A stretch of 64,000 bases of DNA, from positions 2,093 to 66,092 of the forward strand of contig SVAY01000005.1 in the NCBI GenBank assembly GCA_015059185.1. Reading direction: 5' to 3'. Within the stretch, counting starts at the first letter, position 1. Each line of letters begins with the position of its first letter. The position numbers and the translations under genes are program-made. This stretch comes from Erysipelotrichaceae bacterium. Its GTDB lineage: Bacteria > Bacillota_I > Bacilli_A > RFN20 > CAG-826. Shown one piece after another: positions 60,880 to 64,000 of the stretch. The notes below the pieces were generated by a model. The model made no database searches. It was not told where the DNA came from and saw only the letters and a program-made list of their open reading frames with translations.

Positions 60880-61569
60880 TTAGAAGAAGACTTCTCTAGC
60901 TTGTTGTTTGACTTCTTTAGAAGCGATGAATGGGATTCTAGTTGTGTAGCCACGTTTTGCTGCCACAATCATCTTAGCTGGCCAGCAGTATACTGCATGG
61001 TTCCATTCATTAACTGCATCGTTATAAACTTCTCTAGCGGCGGTAATTTCTTTTTGTAAGTAACTATTTTGATTCATTGCGGACATAATTTCATTATGTG
61101 CTTTGAGATCTGGATAGTTTTCCATAACCGCATATAACTTGCCGTTTGCTCTTTCGATTTGATTAACAGTTTCAAAGTTACCTTCACTCACTGCTGGAGC
61201 GCCACTTCTGAGAGCTGCGATTTCTTTAAATGTTGTCTTATCAAAGTCCATTGACTTGTTGAGTAAAGCGGCAACGTTTTTAAGAATGACCACTCTTTGT
61301 TCTAAGTAGTTATCGATTTGAGAAGCGTCGTGTTGAATCTTTTGTTGTAATCTACTTAGGTAGTTACCTGCACCAATCTTCACAAATAAGAAGATAAGTC
61401 CTGGGATAATACCAAGTACCCATAACATAATTTCAAAGACTAAGCTTCCTGCTCCAACTTTGATAGGGAGTTGCTTATCAATAACATTGACATCTCTACC
61501 GGCTTCATTGATTACTGGATTTGTTTCATCTAATTCATTAGCCATTACTTTTTCCTCCTTGACTGCCAT
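60880..61569 (-). CDS. lemA: LemA family protein
   Basis: TM, SQID..L.QR, ENYPDLKA, I.AAR..YN..V...N......P...VA. Confidence 0.9.
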   Translation of the reverse strand: MAVKEEKVMANELDETNPVINEAGRDVNVIDKQLPIKVGAGSLVFEIMLWVLGIIPGLIFLFVKIGAGNYLSRLQQKIQHDASQIDNYLEQRVVILKNVAALLNKSMDFDKTTFKEIAALRSGAPAVSEGNFETVNQIERANGKLYAVMENYPDLKAHNEIMSAMNQNSYLQKEITAAREVYNDAVNEWNHAVYCWPAKMIVAAKRGYTTRIPFIASKEVKQQAREVFF

Positions 61570-61587
61570 TTTAATAATCTCCTTAAA

Positions 61588-63291
61588 TTATTTATTTAGT
61601 AAATGCGCTCGATACTTTCTATAAAGCACTTCACTACCATTTTTATTATCCACTATTTCGGAATCATTGTTAATTAAATTGACGTTAAAGGCATCGTGCA
61701 CTTCTTTATATTCAAGGTAATCAACAGGGACCATATGAGTCCTTCCATCTCCACCGAAAGTAGGGACTAGTTCCACCCTAGGAATCGCTTGATATCCATA
61801 GGAATTCACTATGATATTATTACCGCTCACTGTTGGTTTAAGAATCACATCTGTATCACAGTGTTCTGGTTTAAATAAATCTGGTTCAAATTTATTAATT
61901 AAGACCTCAGCTTCATAATATGAGATCACATCCTCTTCTTCCGTATCGACGAATGGAGCGCTTTGATGCTGGAAGAAAAGCGGGATATTAAGTAGAGGGA
62001 CAAAATCAAAATATAACGCTTCAAAGAACTTCATGTTATAACTTACAAAGTTCGCCTTAATCACTTCATAATCAAAGTGATAATAATTTGATATATCACC
62101 AGAATAATCCATATCCTTATCATGCGTTGTGCTGATGGAGTTAATACATCCCCTCTTATCGTAATAAATATCGTCGTGTTTAGATAAAGAATAAACAAAG
62201 TTATTCTGTGCGAGCGGGGTGAATAATAAACGATATTCTAATTCATTATTTCTCTTTTCAGAATTGATATATGCTTCAAACTTAGAATTAGCAAATTTCG
62301 TGTAATTCTCGCCTTTTTTCACGGCTTTTTCGGCTTTTCTTTGGTTTTCCCTATCTTCTTTATTAGTTCTACGTTGGATTTGTTTATCACTTAACCCTTT
62401 CATACCCGCAGGTGTACGATAGAACGATAATTTATCCGCGGCATCAGTATAATAATTAAGACCAGTATAAACAGTATATTGTGGACGTGGTTTAGTAACA
62501 TGCGCAACTAAGGTTTGACTAACGGTAATTGTCTTGCTGCCACCTTCTCCATCACTCACTGTTTTAGTATAGGTAATCACTAATGTACCAGTATAAACTT
62601 CTGGCACCATCTCCATCACTAATTTCTGACGTAAGATGAATGGGTTAGTGTTAATATTTCCTGATTGAACGACTAAAGTAGAATGTGTCTTATCAGTATC
62701 AAGTTTATCTTTAAATTGATTAACAATTCTTTTAAGCGTCTTACTAGAAAGATATTCATCAAAGTCAATTAAAGGAGCAGTTTTTTCCATCAACTCAACA
62801 GCAAGATTTGGTTTAAATAAGTTATTAAGACCTCTCACTTGTTCGTAGGCTTCATTCTGTAATTTATCTGCGACTTTTTGTTTCTTATCAACAATCTTTT
62901 GTAAGTCTTTTTTCTTTGGTCTAAATACCGCTAACCAGACCACTAAGGCGATGACACCTGTAACGAGTAAACCGACCCCAACACCGATAGAAACTCCTGA
63001 TCCGCTACTAGAGCCAGTGATAAGTAAAATTAGACCTAATACAAAGCCCACAACCATTAAGATAATCATAAAGACGATACCCACTTTAGTAGCAGTTAAT
63101 GACTTCTTTAATTTATCTAATGCTTTCTTCTCGGCGTAGTATTTAGTACAGGTGATCTTATTAGAACCAATATCGACATGACTTTCATCTGAGAGTTTAG
63201 CAAAACAATCCTCAACATTTTGACGATGTGTCTCTTTGAGTTCTCGTTCATAATATTTTAATGGTTCAAGGTATTGTTCTGTGTTCATCAT
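61588..63291 (-). CDS. LemA-associated membrane protein (Mollicutes MAG1210-like)
   Basis: EPLKYY, two TMs, SGNINTNPF, YTGTLVI, RLLFTPLAQ; upstream of lemA. Confidence 0.6.
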   Translation of the reverse strand: MMNTEQYLEPLKYYERELKETHRQNVEDCFAKLSDESHVDIGSNKITCTKYYAEKKALDKLKKSLTATKVGIVFMIILMVVGFVLGLILLITGSSSGSGVSIGVGVGLLVTGVIALVVWLAVFRPKKKDLQKIVDKKQKVADKLQNEAYEQVRGLNNLFKPNLAVELMEKTAPLIDFDEYLSSKTLKRIVNQFKDKLDTDKTHSTLVVQSGNINTNPFILRQKLVMEMVPEVYTGTLVITYTKTVSDGEGGSKTITVSQTLVAHVTKPRPQYTVYTGLNYYTDAADKLSFYRTPAGMKGLSDKQIQRRTNKEDRENQRKAEKAVKKGENYTKFANSKFEAYINSEKRNNELEYRLLFTPLAQNNFVYSLSKHDDIYYDKRGCINSISTTHDKDMDYSGDISNYYHFDYEVIKANFVSYNMKFFEALYFDFVPLLNIPLFFQHQSAPFVDTEEEDVISYYEAEVLINKFEPDLFKPEHCDTDVILKPTVSGNNIIVNSYGYQAIPRVELVPTFGGDGRTHMVPVDYLEYKEVHDAFNVNLINNDSEIVDNKNGSEVLYRKYRAHLLNK

Positions 63292-63424
63292 AGTTACTTA
63301 TAATATATAGGATATTTATTATTGATAATAATGTATTTTACTTTCTAGCCTAAATATTTCCTTCAATATTGATATTGAAAATAACAAATTATCAATATAA
63401 ATGCATATTTTTGGACATGCGACC

Positions 63425-64000
63425 TTATAATTTATTGTCATTACTTATTTCATCAGTAGTTTGATACTCGCTATCATTTGTCCCTGTATCTTTATCCTTA
63501 AGGAATACAAAAAAGAGAAACATACATATACCAATGATGATAAAAGCGATTAATTCTATAATTAGTCCAGTTAATGAGAAACTTCTACTGGATCCACTTA
63601 ATGGGAAAACAATATCGATAATACCTATTACTTCTATTACGATCACTAATATTGGGATGATATATTTAATCATAAAAGCAAATATATATCTGAACTTACC
63701 TAGCTTTAATCCATCTTCTTCTAGATTCTCGCTTAGATATTTAAAGCTAAAGCGTTTCTTTTTATCTTTATATAATAGCCATCCTATCGCGATAGACGCT
63801 AATAAGGCGTTAGCAGGGATAAATACAGAGTTCACCATGAGGTCAATTATCTCTAATAAGTTTTTCCCATCTATCAATAGATAAGGTTCATTATTGAGTG
63901 AGAAACCTAACGACATTCCTATCGGTATTGATATCACTAACGATATAATAGCGATAACCATACAGACTATCTTTCTTTTAAGATGATGCCTTTGGATAAG
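63425..64000 (-). CDS. Sodium-dependent transporter (SNF/NSS family), C-terminal part, cut by the window edge
   Basis: Frame open to the window end; ...D...NS..IP..AL...I.IGW and IKYIIP motifs. Confidence 0.65.
   Translation of the reverse strand, partial: LIQRHHLKRKIVCMVIAIISLVISIPIGMSLGFSLNNEPYLLIDGKNLLEIIDLMVNSVFIPANALLASIAIGWLLYKDKKKRFSFKYLSENLEEDGLKLGKFRYIFAFMIKYIIPILVIVIEVIGIIDIVFPLSGSSRSFSLTGLIIELIAFIIIGICMFLFFVFLKDKDTGTNDSEYQTTDEISNDNKL

Overview
Low-GC chromosomal segment from a genome-reduced Bacilli/Erysipelotrichia-like bacterium (the RFN20/RF39-type lineage is my inference). TGA is a stop codon, so the code is table 11 rather than the Mycoplasma code. The left half is mostly core housekeeping with Bacillus-like synteny: fhs, tcdA, miaA, miaB, ymdB, rny, recA, cinA, pgsA, class-B rnpB, gpsB, recU, nth, dnaD, cca, hup, gpsA, der, cmk, and sufCDSUB-mnmG-rsmG-parA. 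The right half is envelope and accessory genes: two PrsA/parvulin-like lipoproteins, two CNNM/CorC proteins, hit, yhaM, recX, a glycolipid glycosyltransferase with a flippase-like protein, csoR-copA, feoAB, an MFS transporter with a GDPD, an AAA_14/DUF4143 ATPase and lemA. No transposase, integrase, tRNA, rRNA or CRISPR was seen. Most notable: (1) a membrane-XRE-flanked operon encoding a single-domain protein and a 1490-aa protein of six tandem ~210-260-aa beta-rich repeats resembling LolA/LppX lipid-carrier domains, next to glycolipid genes, a candidate lipid-relay system; (2) an identically spaced alternative-sigma-like promoter motif shared by recA and a MacB-like ABC operon; (3) a 33-bp-period triple repeat over the DUF4143 ATPase promoter; (4) a heavily remodelled PrsA pair; (5) several toxin-less antitoxin genes, including a RelB-VbhA-like fusion. 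Family and fold calls come from motif recognition by eye, not from database searches.
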